Source: an uncultured Thiomicrospira sp. | GTDB lineage: Bacteria > Pseudomonadota > Gammaproteobacteria > CAKMZV01 | Reading direction: 5' to 3' | Assembly: GCA_965195345.1 (NCBI GenBank) | Contig: OZ239628.1 | Coordinates: 512,001-576,000, forward strand | Length of the DNA stretch: 64,000 bases | Shown here: in pieces, positions 30,515 to 40,839 of the stretch | How the letters are laid out: each line of letters begins with the position of its first letter | How positions within the stretch are numbered: position 1 is the first letter of the stretch | Position numbers and translations under genes: made by a program | Notes under the pieces: generated by a model | What the model was told of the DNA's origin: nothing | The model's input: the letters and a program-made list of their open reading frames with translations, nothing else | The model's database searches: none

Positions 30515-31273
30515 GTGATTGAATCTATACAAATTTGGGATTTAGTCCTGTTGGGCATTGTTGGAGTAGTCAGTGGATGGATGAATGTGATGGCAGGCGG
30601 AGGGTCGATGTTAACAGTACCTTTAATGTTATTTATGGGTATATCAGGACCGGTTGCTAACGGCACTAATCGTATTGGCATCATATTTCAGAACGTAGCC
30701 GCAGTATATGGTTTTTTTCGCAAAGGGTTTTCCGATTTTAAATTAAGTCTTACCTTAGCGGGTTGCGCTTCTATTGGAGCAATAGGAGGCGCTTCGATTG
30801 GGGTGAATCTTGAAGGCGTTTGGTTTAATTACTTATTAGCGGTAATAATGTTGTCGGTTATGATTTTAACGGCACTGGGTGGCGAAAAGAAAGTAGAGAA
30901 TAAAGCAGGACGCAGTAAAAATTTAATTGTTGGACATATTTTGATGGTATTTGCAGGCGTTTGGGGTGGGTTCATTCAAATCGGGGTGGGCTTTATTTTA
31001 ATGCCTATTCTTAATCGTGTAATGGGATTGGACTTGGTGCGTACTAATATGCACAAAGTGTTTATCGCATTAAGTTATTCTTTATTTGCTCTATCCATCT
31101 TTGCTTCTAAAGTTGGTGTATTGTGGAGTGCAGGAATTGCACTTGCAGTCGGAACAATGATTGGAGGATATGTTGGCGCACATACCAGCGTATCGAAAGG
31201 AGAAAAATGGATTAAAGGGGTGCTCTATATCGTTTTGTCTGCGCTGATCATTAAATTGCTATTTTTCAGTTAA
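30515..31273 (+). CDS. Sulfite exporter TauE/SafE (TSUP) family membrane protein
   Basis: AGGGS.L..P, ANGTNR, G..GGF...G.G; about 8 hydrophobic segments. Confidence 0.88.
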   Translation: MIESIQIWDLVLLGIVGVVSGWMNVMAGGGSMLTVPLMLFMGISGPVANGTNRIGIIFQNVAAVYGFFRKGFSDFKLSLTLAGCASIGAIGGASIGVNLEGVWFNYLLAVIMLSVMILTALGGEKKVENKAGRSKNLIVGHILMVFAGVWGGFIQIGVGFILMPILNRVMGLDLVRTNMHKVFIALSYSLFALSIFASKVGVLWSAGIALAVGTMIGGYVGAHTSVSKGEKWIKGVLYIVLSALIIKLLFFS

Positions 31274-31824
31274 ATTCCGTATTTGTGTTTTTCAGTAATT
31301 ATTGTATGGGGTTTTATATCCCAAGATTCGCTAGGCAGTCTATGCGTCTTTTGAACCTCCAATGCTAGACCGATTCTTTTGACAGCATGAACGTTTCTTT
31401 TGGCAAAGGTTCGATCGTAAAAACCTCCGCCCATTCCTAAACGATTTAATTGGACATCAAAGCCTACAAGTGGCATGCCGACAATATTGAGATGATGTAT
31501 ATGCAAACAATATCCTGATTTGGGTTCTAAAACGCCTAAAGCGTGTTGTGTATAACTTCCAAGGAAAAAGGGCGCACGACGAAATTTCAATACGTCCTTT
31601 GATACAACTGGGAAGTATATCTTTTTACCAAGCTTGCGCAGAGTATTTATCAGAGGAATAATGGGAACTTCTTCTTTTAAAGGATGGAAAAGGGCGATGC
31701 GATTGCAATGAAAAGCATTTTTTGCTTGTTTAACAAGCAGCAATTGCAAGCGCCTTTTATCTTTTTCAATGTTTTGGCGGCGCATTGCCCGAAGTTTTTT
31801 TCTTAGGGTGTCTCTGGCGTTCAA
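31270..31824 (-). CDS. ygfA: 5-formyltetrahydrofolate cyclo-ligase (likely start TTG 31824; longer ORF overlaps 6S RNA)
   Basis: LRK.LR..RR, G..EP, P..GFD....RLGMGGGFYDR, WDI....I.TE; directly downstream of 6S RNA. Confidence 0.93.
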   Translation of the reverse strand: MNARDTLRKKLRAMRRQNIEKDKRRLQLLLVKQAKNAFHCNRIALFHPLKEEVPIIPLINTLRKLGKKIYFPVVSKDVLKFRRAPFFLGSYTQHALGVLEPKSGYCLHIHHLNIVGMPLVGFDVQLNRLGMGGGFYDRTFAKRNVHAVKRIGLALEVQKTHRLPSESWDIKPHTIITEKHKYGI

Positions 31825-31863
31825 GGCTGTATTAGAGTAGGAGTGAAAAAGCAGGATAATTAA

Positions 31864-32040
31864 AAGCCCCACGGTGTCGCTCAGGAAGAGGAACCTTGAA
31901 CCTAAGTTCAAGGTGGGATAAATCCTGAGTGCTTAAGAAAAAACCACTAAGGTTTTTAACACCACGCTCAGATCAAAATCCCTCATACAAAATTTTAAGG
32001 TGCAAGGCTTATATTCCTTAGCACGATCACCGCAGAAGCC
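31864..32040 (-). ncRNA. ssrS: 6S RNA
   Basis: About 177 nt; closing stem GGCTTCTGCGGTG/CACCGTGGGGCTT; conserved CACCTTGAAC..GGTTCAAGG hairpin as in E. coli 6S; ssrS-ygfA synteny. Confidence 0.9.
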
Positions 32041-32271
32041 AATGTATATTCTTACATATATTTGCTGTGTAATCTTGATAAATTACAAATTAGATTTAAA
32101 GTCTTATGTATTTTGTGTAGGTAATGCTTCAAAAAGAGAAGTGGCCTAGCGTTTATTTTTTTGCATAATTGCAAAATAAATTAAATTTTCAAAGTCATAT
32201 TTTGTATGCTTTAGTGGAAGAGTATACGGTGCTTCGGGTAGAATGGTGCTATACAAAAAAGCAAGTTTTCT

Positions 32272-32970
32272 ATGATCAAAAAAACCAATTGGATAGCACC
32301 ATCAATACTCTCTGCTGACTTCTCTTGTTTAGGTGAAGAAGTGAAAAACGTGCTTCAATCAGGGGCGGATGTTGTGCACTTTGATGTTATGGACAATCAT
32401 TATGTCCCTAATTTAACAATAGGTCCCTTAGTGTGTGAGTCGTTAAAAAATTATATGTTAAGAGAGGATTTGACGGCTCCAATAGATGTTCATCTAATGG
32501 TCAAGCCAGTAGATAGCATGATTAACGATTTTGCTAATGCCGGTGCTGATTTCATTACTTTTCATCCTGAAGCTAGTGAGCACGTTGATCGTTCTTTGGA
32601 ACTTATACGCTCACACGGTTGCAAATCAGGACTCGTATTTAATCCCGCTTCTTCCTTACATAGTCTTGATTTTGTTTTAGACAAAATTGATATGATTTTA
32701 TTGATGTCGGTTAACCCTGGATTTGGAGGGCAGAGTTTTATATCTTCAACTTTGAAGAAACTAAAGTCTTGTCGTCAGTTAATTGACGCTGGGAAATACG
32801 ATATTCGTTTGGAAGTAGATGGAGGCGTCAAGCTTGAAAATTTGGCAGAAGTTCTAGCCGCTGGATGCGACACTTTTGTATCAGGTTCAGGAATATTTTC
32901 TAAGGCATCTTCAGCCGATCCAAATCGCTATGACAGCATAATTTCCCAAATGCGCAAAATTTTATCGTAA
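32272..32970 (+). CDS. rpe: Ribulose-phosphate 3-epimerase
   Basis: [43 protein letters not shown]. Confidence 0.97.
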   Translation: MIKKTNWIAPSILSADFSCLGEEVKNVLQSGADVVHFDVMDNHYVPNLTIGPLVCESLKNYMLREDLTAPIDVHLMVKPVDSMINDFANAGADFITFHPEASEHVDRSLELIRSHGCKSGLVFNPASSLHSLDFVLDKIDMILLMSVNPGFGGQSFISSTLKKLKSCRQLIDAGKYDIRLEVDGGVKLENLAEVLAAGCDTFVSGSGIFSKASSADPNRYDSIISQMRKILS

Positions 32971-32979
32971 GTTGATTAT

Positions 32980-34449
32980 ATGAACCTTGATGCTTTTAAT
33001 GAATATATTCAGCAAGGCTTTACACAGATTCCACTAATCAAGTGTTTGCCAGCTGATTTAGATACACCATTATCAGTGTATTTGAAAGTTGCTAATACAC
33101 CCAATTCTTATTTGTTTGAGTCTGTGCACGGTGGTGAAAAATGGGGGCGATATTCAATAATTGGTCTTGAATGCAATGAATGGATCAGCGTGCGTGGAAA
33201 AATAATTGAACATCATTGCAATGATCAAATCGAACGATTAGAGGTTGTCGATCCTCTTGACTATATCAATGAGTGGAAGGATGGCTTTAGAATTCCAAAA
33301 CTTAAGGATTCTCCTCTTTTTTCAGGCGGGTTGGTCGGCTATTTTGGTTATGAAACGATTGCGTTTATTGAAGAGCGGCTTTGTTTTACAGATAAGTTAG
33401 ACTCTATAAACGCGCCAGATATTTTTTTGATGGTATCGCAAGAATTAGTGGTATTCGATAATCTGAAAGGGGAGATGCACCTCATAGTTCATGCGGATGC
33501 AAGCAAAGAAGGTTTTTTTGAAGCTTCTGAAAGACTGGAAGGTTTATCGAAGCAATTAAGAACGCCTTATTCTCAACACTCCGCCAATGATACCAGTGCC
33601 TCTGATTCATTGAATTCTGTTTCAGACGTGGAATTTAGTGAGCGCGATTTTAAAGAAGCCGTCACAAAAATCAGAGAATACATCTATTCAGGGGATGTTA
33701 TGCAGGTTGTGCTTGCACGGCGCTTTAGTATGTCATATCACAACGACCCAGTTAGTTTATACCGTTCTATTCGCAATGTTAATCCTTCCCCATATTTATA
33801 TTTTATGCGTCTATTTGAGTTGGATATTATTGGGGCATCTCCGGAAATACTAGTGCGGCTAGAGGAGGGAGAAGTCACTGTTCGTCCTATTGCCGGCACT
33901 CGCCCTCGAGGGGTAACCGTTGAGGAGGATAAGTCTTTAGAAGAAGATTTATTAAATGACCCCAAAGAATTAGCCGAACACTTAATGCTCATTGACTTAG
34001 GTCGCAATGACGCAGGGAGAGTGAGTAAAGTTGGAAGCGTTCATTTGAATGAGAAGTTTACTGTTGAGCGCTATTCTCATGTTATGCATATAGCTTCAAA
34101 TGTTACAGGACAATTAAGGGACGGTCTAAACGCTATTGATGTTTTGCGAGCCTCCTTTCCTGCCGGCACTGTTTCAGGGGCTCCAAAAGTACGTGCAATG
34201 GAAATAATTAATGAGTTAGAACCTAGTAAGCGGGGAATTTATTCTGGAGCGGTTGGCTATTTGGGTTGGCATAATAATATGGATTTGGCAATAGCAATTC
34301 GCACGACGGTACTAAAAGATAATACGTTATACATACAGGCAGGAGCTGGTATTGTTGCGGATTCAACGCCAGACAGTGAGTGGCAAGAAACAACAAATAA
34401 GGCGCAAGCTATGGTGCAGGCTGTTAAACAGGTGAAACGTTATGAGTAA
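32980..34449 (+). CDS. trpE: Anthranilate synthase component I
   Basis: DLDTP, LFES, GRYS, NPSPY, ASPE, PIAGT, EHLML.DL.RND, GAPK.RA, QAGAG. Confidence 0.96.
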   Translation: MNLDAFNEYIQQGFTQIPLIKCLPADLDTPLSVYLKVANTPNSYLFESVHGGEKWGRYSIIGLECNEWISVRGKIIEHHCNDQIERLEVVDPLDYINEWKDGFRIPKLKDSPLFSGGLVGYFGYETIAFIEERLCFTDKLDSINAPDIFLMVSQELVVFDNLKGEMHLIVHADASKEGFFEASERLEGLSKQLRTPYSQHSANDTSASDSLNSVSDVEFSERDFKEAVTKIREYIYSGDVMQVVLARRFSMSYHNDPVSLYRSIRNVNPSPYLYFMRLFELDIIGASPEILVRLEEGEVTVRPIAGTRPRGVTVEEDKSLEEDLLNDPKELAEHLMLIDLGRNDAGRVSKVGSVHLNEKFTVERYSHVMHIASNVTGQLRDGLNAIDVLRASFPAGTVSGAPKVRAMEIINELEPSKRGIYSGAVGYLGWHNNMDLAIAIRTTVLKDNTLYIQAGAGIVADSTPDSEWQETTNKAQAMVQAVKQVKRYE

Positions 34450-35038
34450 TGTAGTGTATATGATCGATAACTACGATTCTTTCACTTATAATTTGGTTCA
34501 ATATTTAGGTGAACTAGGTGTACAAGTTGAAGTGGGTCGTAATGATAAAATAACATTGTCGGATATTGAAAATACAGCTGCGACGCATTTGATTATTTCA
34601 CCAGGTCCGTGCACGCCTAATGAGGCTGGTATATCAATGGACGCGATTCGTCATTTTTCTGGAAAGATTCCTGTTCTTGGGGTTTGTTTAGGACATCAAG
34701 CCATAGGCCAAGTTTTTGGGGCTAAAGTGGTTAAAGCACAACGAATAATGCACGGTAAAACCTCAATGATTGATCACGATGGGAAAAGTATTTTTCAAGA
34801 TATCCCGTCGCCTTATGAAGCTACACGCTATCATTCTTTAACTTTGCAGGATATTCCTGACTGTTTAGAAATAACTGCTCGAACGATTGCTTGTGCTGAA
34901 GAAGAACCAGAAGTTATGGGTATACGACATAAAAAATTTGCCATTGAGGGTGTGCAGTATCATCCCGAAGCAATATTAACAGAGTATGGCCATAAGTTAT
35001 TACAGAACTTTATCAATCAAACTAAAGGTAAGGAGTAG
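34442..35038 (+). CDS. trpG: Anthranilate synthase component II (glutamine amidotransferase)
   Basis: IDNYDSFTYN, SPGP, GVCLGHQ, RYHSL, QYHPE; between trpE and trpD. Confidence 0.94.
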   Translation: MSNVVYMIDNYDSFTYNLVQYLGELGVQVEVGRNDKITLSDIENTAATHLIISPGPCTPNEAGISMDAIRHFSGKIPVLGVCLGHQAIGQVFGAKVVKAQRIMHGKTSMIDHDGKSIFQDIPSPYEATRYHSLTLQDIPDCLEITARTIACAEEEPEVMGIRHKKFAIEGVQYHPEAILTEYGHKLLQNFINQTKGKE

Positions 35039-35040
35039 TT

Positions 35041-36066
35041 ATGACATTTTCTAAAAATCTTGATTTAGTACTTAACAAAATAAATTTAGATGCCGACCAA
35101 ATGGCTGATGTTATGTTTCAAATTATGAGTGGTGACGTTCATGATGCGCAAATAGGTGCATTATTGGCTGGATTACGTTGCAAAGGAGAGTCCGTGACGG
35201 AAATCAGTGCTGCTGCAACGGTGATGAGAAAATTATCTGAGAAAGTGCATATAGAAGATACGGAAAATGCTGTAGATACTTGTGGAACGGGTGGTGATCA
35301 TTCGGGCATTTTTAATGTTTCGACCGCAAGTGCTTTCGTCGCAGCCGCAGCAGGGGTTAAAGTTGCCAAACACGGTAATCGATCGAACACCTCATCGTCT
35401 GGATCATCGGATGTATTAACTGCTGCCGGTGTTAATGTTCAATTAAATGCACAACAGGTAGCTCAATGCGTCGAAACACTTGGAGTGGGTTTTATGTTTG
35501 CCCCTGTGCATCACAGTGCCATGAAAAATGTGATTGGAGTGCGGCAAGCTTTAGGTGTGCGCACATTATTCAATATACTTGGACCACTGACTAATCCTGC
35601 TAATCCCAAAAATCAAGTGCTTGGAGTATATGATAAACAATGGATGAAGCCTATGGCAGAAGTATTACGCGCGCTTGGTAGCAGACAGGTTTTGGTTGTG
35701 CACAGCGATGATGGTATTGATGAAATATCGATTGCTGCAGATACTCAAGTTGCTGAATTGAAAAATCGGGAAATTATTATGCTGACTATCAGCCCTGAAA
35801 ACTATGGTTGTGCGCATTCTGATTTATCAAGTTTGAAAGTAAACAGCCCTGAAGAAAGTTTTAACATGATCAAAGAGGCTTTAAATAATGGTAATGACGC
35901 TGCGACAGATATCATTAAGATGAATGCAGGCGCTGCCATATACGTTTCAGGTGTTAGCCTTACATATGCTGAGGGAATTGAAATTGCCGCAGGCGTTATT
36001 AATGATGGGAGCGCTTGGAAAAAATTGCAAGACTTTGCCTTATTAACACAACAGTTAGCTGGATGA
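35041..36066 (+). CDS. trpD: Anthranilate phosphoribosyltransferase
   Basis: DTCGTGGD, NVST, AKHGN, RTLFNILGPL.NP, G.DE. Confidence 0.97.
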   Translation: MTFSKNLDLVLNKINLDADQMADVMFQIMSGDVHDAQIGALLAGLRCKGESVTEISAAATVMRKLSEKVHIEDTENAVDTCGTGGDHSGIFNVSTASAFVAAAAGVKVAKHGNRSNTSSSGSSDVLTAAGVNVQLNAQQVAQCVETLGVGFMFAPVHHSAMKNVIGVRQALGVRTLFNILGPLTNPANPKNQVLGVYDKQWMKPMAEVLRALGSRQVLVVHSDDGIDEISIAADTQVAELKNREIIMLTISPENYGCAHSDLSSLKVNSPEESFNMIKEALNNGNDAATDIIKMNAGAAIYVSGVSLTYAEGIEIAAGVINDGSAWKKLQDFALLTQQLAG

Positions 36067-36073
36067 TTTTATA

Positions 36074-36874
36074 GTGGAAGGCATACTTAGAAAAATAATT
36101 GCACAAAAGTTTTTGGAAGTATCGGAAGGAAAAGCACACGTATCCAAGGAACAACTACTAAAAACTTGTCGTGAAAATGACGTACCTAGGGGGTTTTATA
36201 AAGCTTTGCAAGAGCGAATAAAATCAGGGCAACCTGCGGTAATTGCTGAAATAAAGAAAGCATCTCCTAGCAAAGGGATAATTCGACCAGATTTTCATCC
36301 TGCAGAAATCGCTAAAAGTTATTATTCAGCAGGAGCAAGTGCACTATCTGTATTGACAGACAAGCTGTTTTTTCAAGGAAACGATGCGTTTTTGCAAGAA
36401 GTGCGGGAAAATGTTCCTCTGCCAACTATTCGCAAAGATTTCATGGTAGACGAATGGCAAGTAATACAATCAAGAGCAATTGGTTCAGACTGTGTATTAT
36501 TAATAGCAGCGGCATTAGACAATGTTCTTTTAAAAGATTTATACGCTTGCGCTTGCGCGCTTGATATGGATGTTTTGATCGAAGTGCATAATGCTCATGA
36601 GGTTGAATGCGCTATGCGCTTGGATCCTCAACTATTAGGAATCAATAATCGGAATTTGAATACTTTTGAGGTGGATTTGAAAACAACCATTGAACTGAAA
36701 AATCTGGTAGCCGAAGACGTTTTACTGGTGACAGAAAGTGGCATATGTAATGCACAAGATGTTGCACTGATGCGTCAGCATGGCATAAACACTTTTTTGG
36801 TTGGAGAGGCCTTTATGCGACAGGAAAATCCTGGAAGGGCCTTAAATGATTTGTTTGGAACTATAGAAACGTAA
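36074..36874 (+). CDS. trpC: Indole-3-glycerol phosphate synthase
   Basis: IAEIKKASPSKG, SVLTD, RKDF, GINNRNL, ESGI, LVGE. Confidence 0.97.
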   Translation: MEGILRKIIAQKFLEVSEGKAHVSKEQLLKTCRENDVPRGFYKALQERIKSGQPAVIAEIKKASPSKGIIRPDFHPAEIAKSYYSAGASALSVLTDKLFFQGNDAFLQEVRENVPLPTIRKDFMVDEWQVIQSRAIGSDCVLLIAAALDNVLLKDLYACACALDMDVLIEVHNAHEVECAMRLDPQLLGINNRNLNTFEVDLKTTIELKNLVAEDVLLVTESGICNAQDVALMRQHGINTFLVGEAFMRQENPGRALNDLFGTIET

Positions 36875-36892
36875 ATACTAAGAAGTAAAACT

Positions 36893-37306
36893 ATGAAATC
36901 AGAATTAAATTGGAAAAGTGGTGTCGCTAGTGAAGTTATTATTGATGGCACCCATACAATACATATTGATGGTAGCCCAGATATAGGGGGAGCAGGCGCT
37001 GGTTCAAGACCCATGGATGTGGTTTTGGCAGCATTAATGGGATGTTCGTCTATTGATGTGGCGATGATTCTGCGTAAAATGAAACAACAATTCGACAGTT
37101 TAAAAATCAGTGTTGATGCACAGCGGATCGATGCTGTCCCTTCGACATTTTCTGATATTGTTTTGTATTTTCAAGTAGATGGAAAAGATTTGAACGTAGA
37201 ACGTGTGAATCGAGCTGTTGAATTGTCTGTTGATAAATATTGCTCGGTTGCGACTATGCTACGTAATGGGGGTGTAAATATTACTTGGCAGTGTACAGTG
37301 AGCTAA
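36893..37306 (+). CDS. OsmC/YhfA family protein
   Basis: G.RPM...L....GCS..DV...L.K and SVDKYCSV. Confidence 0.88.
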   Translation: MKSELNWKSGVASEVIIDGTHTIHIDGSPDIGGAGAGSRPMDVVLAALMGCSSIDVAMILRKMKQQFDSLKISVDAQRIDAVPSTFSDIVLYFQVDGKDLNVERVNRAVELSVDKYCSVATMLRNGGVNITWQCTVS

Positions 37307-37310
37307 GGTA

Positions 37311-38090
37311 GTGGTTTACTTAACAGACTTCATCGGTTTTCTAACCGCTGATTTTCCTGTATTAAGCAATTCACAGTGGATGGCGTGTGCTTTGGTTTTT
37401 ATATGGTCGGGCTTTGTACGCTCAGGGCTTGGATTCGGGGGTGCTGCACTTGGTTTGCCTTTAATGCTTTTTATCATTCCAGATGTGGCATTGTGGCTAC
37501 CTGTTATCGGACAACATTTGCTGTTTTTTTCACTTATAACATTATTTGGAAAAACGCGCCTCATCGATTGGACGGCTATTCGACACTGTATTCGTTGGGC
37601 ATTTGTTCCTAAAATTATCGGAGTGCTCGGATTAGTTAGTTTGCCAGTTATTTGGGTTGCCACTTTTATTTACATTTTATGTGGAGTGTATGCAATTAGT
37701 TGGATATTTAAATTTAAAGTAACATTCGCCACCAAATGGCAAGAACGATTCATGCTCATGATCGGAGGTTATATTTCAGGAGTTGCTCTTAGTAGCGCAC
37801 CACTTTTTGTTCCGATATTCGTCAAGTATGTTTCAAAAGAAAAGATACGAGTGACTTTATTTGCTTTTTGGGCTATAGTTGTTTCAATTAAGTTGATGTC
37901 TTTTATCGTATTGACGGTACCGTTGCATTGGGAAATAGCGCTGCTTACGTTGCCAGCAGCGGCGCTTGGTCATTATTTTGGAAGTATTGCACATAGTGCA
38001 ATGGTTAATAATCAATATTTAATGCAACTGAATATGGGCATTGCATTGCTATTGATTTGTATAATTGGTTTCGCAAGGCTGTTTGGATAA
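37311..38090 (+). CDS. TauE/SafE (TSUP) family membrane protein
   Basis: SGFVRSGLGFGGA.L.LP, GGY.SG, multiple TM segments. Confidence 0.82.
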   Translation: MVYLTDFIGFLTADFPVLSNSQWMACALVFIWSGFVRSGLGFGGAALGLPLMLFIIPDVALWLPVIGQHLLFFSLITLFGKTRLIDWTAIRHCIRWAFVPKIIGVLGLVSLPVIWVATFIYILCGVYAISWIFKFKVTFATKWQERFMLMIGGYISGVALSSAPLFVPIFVKYVSKEKIRVTLFAFWAIVVSIKLMSFIVLTVPLHWEIALLTLPAAALGHYFGSIAHSAMVNNQYLMQLNMGIALLLICIIGFARLFG

Positions 38091-38112
38091 GTTATTTAAA
38101 ATTAGGAATGTT

Positions 38113-38313
38113 ATGAAAAGATTGAAATATTTGTTGATGAATGGTACATTTTTTCTTATCTTAGCTAGTTTGTGTGCTGCTTGTAGCACATCACCGAGTG
38201 CTACTGAAGTAGCTGCCCAAAAGGAAAAAGAGCGCCAGAGGCAGTTGCAAAGATCCGATGATAGTTACGAAAATTTAGAAGAAGAAACAAAACGCGATAC
38301 AGGGTACGAATAA
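38113..38313 (+). CDS. Small predicted lipoprotein
   Basis: MKRLK.., hydrophobic core, lipobox-like CAA-C, charged helical tail; AGGA upstream. Confidence 0.6.
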   Translation: MKRLKYLLMNGTFFLILASLCAACSTSPSATEVAAQKEKERQRQLQRSDDSYENLEEETKRDTGYE

Positions 38314-38358
38314 TAAGTTATCAGATTAACCCAGCATGCAAAAATATTTGCTATGAAA

Positions 38359-38913
38359 TCAAAAAGCCTGTTTGTTTGGTTGGGTGTTGGATTTTTTGAG
38401 GAGAATGTAGACAGCACCAGTTCCACCATATTTAGGAAGGCATGAATAAAAAGCCAAGACAAATTCCACTTGGGGAAGCCAATGGTTGACGTGGTTTTTT
38501 ATGATACTACGTCCATTGCCATGATTCCCTTTGCCATGAATAACCCTTAAATGGAATAAGTTTTGTTGTTGTGCTTGAAGCAAGAAATGTTCGATTTTTG
38601 TACGTGCTTCATTTACTGTGAATCCATGTAAATCAAGCTCTTTTTGGATGATTATTTTACCCTTTTTAAGATTAAGCCAATCGCTTCTACGTGTGCCGGA
38701 TCGGCAATACGACAGTATAGAATCATTTTCAGGAAATTCATCATGAGGGTCACTTAAATGTAAAGGTTTTGAAGAGTTAATTGGCTTAGGTTTAACTGCA
38801 CGTTTCGGTCTCGGCTCCTGTGCTTTCAAGGAAAAGTCTGGTTGAGCACGGTTGTTATCCTTAAGTGGTGTTGTATCTTTTAAGAATTCGATAAAGGGAT
38901 TTTTTTTTGACAC
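38359..38913 (-). CDS. Smr/MutS2 domain endonuclease (SmrA/SmrB-like)
   Basis: LDLHG.T..EAR, VIHGKG, K..V..WL, GG.GA...LL. Confidence 0.92.
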   Translation of the reverse strand: MSKKNPFIEFLKDTTPLKDNNRAQPDFSLKAQEPRPKRAVKPKPINSSKPLHLSDPHDEFPENDSILSYCRSGTRRSDWLNLKKGKIIIQKELDLHGFTVNEARTKIEHFLLQAQQQNLFHLRVIHGKGNHGNGRSIIKNHVNHWLPQVEFVLAFYSCLPKYGGTGAVYILLKKSNTQPNKQAF

Positions 38914-39178
38914 ATCTATTTTAATTGGGATTCGTATTTACGCTAAAAGCACTAACGCATGTTTTTTATTTTAAGATAGTTATGACGAAAGCATGACGAT
39001 TTATGGTTTTAAATTTTCATCATTCTTAGAGTTGTTTGAAATAATGGAAAATATTAGTCGAGGAGCTGTTTCCAATAAAGGTAAAATAACGTTTCTTCAG
39101 TACTCTGTTTAAATCGAGAACAATTTCTAAAAAAATATTTTATAGAACCCAAGCATTGCGTTTTATATTGAGGATAAC

Positions 39179-39910
39179 ATGAAAATTCTGCTTACTAATG
39201 ATGACGGCTATCAAGCAAAAGGCATACGCCTACTCTATACTGCATTGGCCGAACAGCATACAGTTAAACTGGTTGCTCCTGGAAGAAATCGCAGTGCAGT
39301 AAGCAGTGCATTGACCCTTGATAGGCCTCTAAGCTCTTGCATTACGGAAGAAGGATTCATTTATATTGAACACGGGACACCTACTGACTGTGTACATTTA
39401 GCGTTGACTGGTTTGCTTGACTTTGTACCAGATATGGTAGTTTCTGGAATCAATGCAGGTGCAAATCTTGGAGATGATACTTTGTATTCGGGTACTGTGG
39501 CAGCAGCAATGGAAGGTCGTTTTTTAGGCAAACCTGCTTTAGCTATTTCTGCTGTGGCACCTTTCAATTACGAAAAGTCTGTCCAAGTTGCTTTAAAAAT
39601 CATTAATAAAATTGAACAGGACCCTTTGCCAGAGGAAATACTATTAAATGTCAATGTGCCGGGTGGATCAGAGAAAATTCGGGGCATGCGCATTGTACGT
39701 TTAGGTCATCGTCATAAAGCGGATGATGTCATCAAAAGCCAAGATCCGCAGGGTCGTGATGTATTTTGGATAGGAGCAAGTGGAGAACCTAATGATGGAG
39801 GGGATGGTACCGACTTTGATGCCATTAAAAAAAGGTTTGTTAGTGTTACACCCTTAACGTCTGATCTAACCCGTTATTCTTCACTAAGTCGATTAGAAAA
39901 ATGGCTGTAG
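39179..39910 (+). CDS. surE: 5'/3'-nucleotidase SurE
   Basis: ILLTNDDG, GTPTDCV, SGIN.G.N.G....YSGT..AA.EG, LNVN.P, SVTPL. Confidence 0.97.
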   Translation: MKILLTNDDGYQAKGIRLLYTALAEQHTVKLVAPGRNRSAVSSALTLDRPLSSCITEEGFIYIEHGTPTDCVHLALTGLLDFVPDMVVSGINAGANLGDDTLYSGTVAAAMEGRFLGKPALAISAVAPFNYEKSVQVALKIINKIEQDPLPEEILLNVNVPGGSEKIRGMRIVRLGHRHKADDVIKSQDPQGRDVFWIGASGEPNDGGDGTDFDAIKKRFVSVTPLTSDLTRYSSLSRLEKWL

Positions 39911-40617
39911 ACACGTCTGCTTATTCTTTAAGTTGGGAAGATAGACCTGCTAACGGATTTACGTCTTTGAATGCTCGTGAACGTATGGTCAAGCGTTTGC
40001 AAGAGAGGATACCCTCTTCTCAGGGAATAGAAGAAGCGCTTGCTGTTATGAAAATAATTCCAAGACACTTTTTTATCGAAGAAGTTTGGCATCAATACGC
40101 TTATAAAGTTGAACACATGGTTTCTTTACCTTTGGGGCTGAAGCAAACTATCTCTCAACCTATGACCGTTGCCCGTATGAGTGGCTGGTTATGCGATCAC
40201 GCTAAACGCGAATCGGTTCTCGAAATTGGTACTGGGTCTGGTTACCAATGTTCAATATTGTCTCAGTTATTCAACGAAGTATGTACTATTGAACGATTAC
40301 AGTTTTTACAGATGAAGGCTGAAAAAGTTTTAAATAGCCTTCAAATAAAAAACGTTGAGTATCATTATGGAGATGGATTTCTTGGTTGGCCAATTCAACG
40401 TCAATTCGATGCTATCATCGTAACAGCAGCTCCAGAGAGTTTTCCAAGTTCATTGTTACCATTTCTAAAAACAAATGGTGTTTTGATAACTCCTGTAGGA
40501 GAAAATGGCAATCAGCGGCTTATCGGATACAAGGCACGAACTGGGCAAAGACCTGAAATAGATGATATTTGTTCTGTTAGCTTCGTCCCAATGATTAAGG
40601 GTTGCAAAAGTGCATAA
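39901..40617 (+). CDS. pcm: Protein-L-isoaspartate O-methyltransferase
   Basis: PRH.F, QTISQP, LEIGTGSGYQ, GDG..GW, FD.I.VTAA, FVP. Confidence 0.95.
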   Translation: MAVDTSAYSLSWEDRPANGFTSLNARERMVKRLQERIPSSQGIEEALAVMKIIPRHFFIEEVWHQYAYKVEHMVSLPLGLKQTISQPMTVARMSGWLCDHAKRESVLEIGTGSGYQCSILSQLFNEVCTIERLQFLQMKAEKVLNSLQIKNVEYHYGDGFLGWPIQRQFDAIIVTAAPESFPSSLLPFLKTNGVLITPVGENGNQRLIGYKARTGQRPEIDDICSVSFVPMIKGCKSA

Positions 40618-40839
40618 GCTCATTAAAGGCTGGTTTGGTGATGCATGTTTAATCTAAGGTTTTTTACTATTCTATAAAAAAATGCAGGCTATAATTGATA
40701 GCGAATTTAACAAATACGTTATTTTGCAACGCGATAAATGTACCGTCTATTGAGCTCTAGCTAAGAAAGTTTGTCGCAAAGTACTATTATAAAATGGCGT
40801 AATTAAATGTAAGTTTTCTTTATTTTAGGAGTTTTATCT

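Noticed and set aside
31825-31911. N-terminal extension of ygfA
   Set aside because: It overlaps the 6S RNA 3' end; family similarity starts near TTG 31824.
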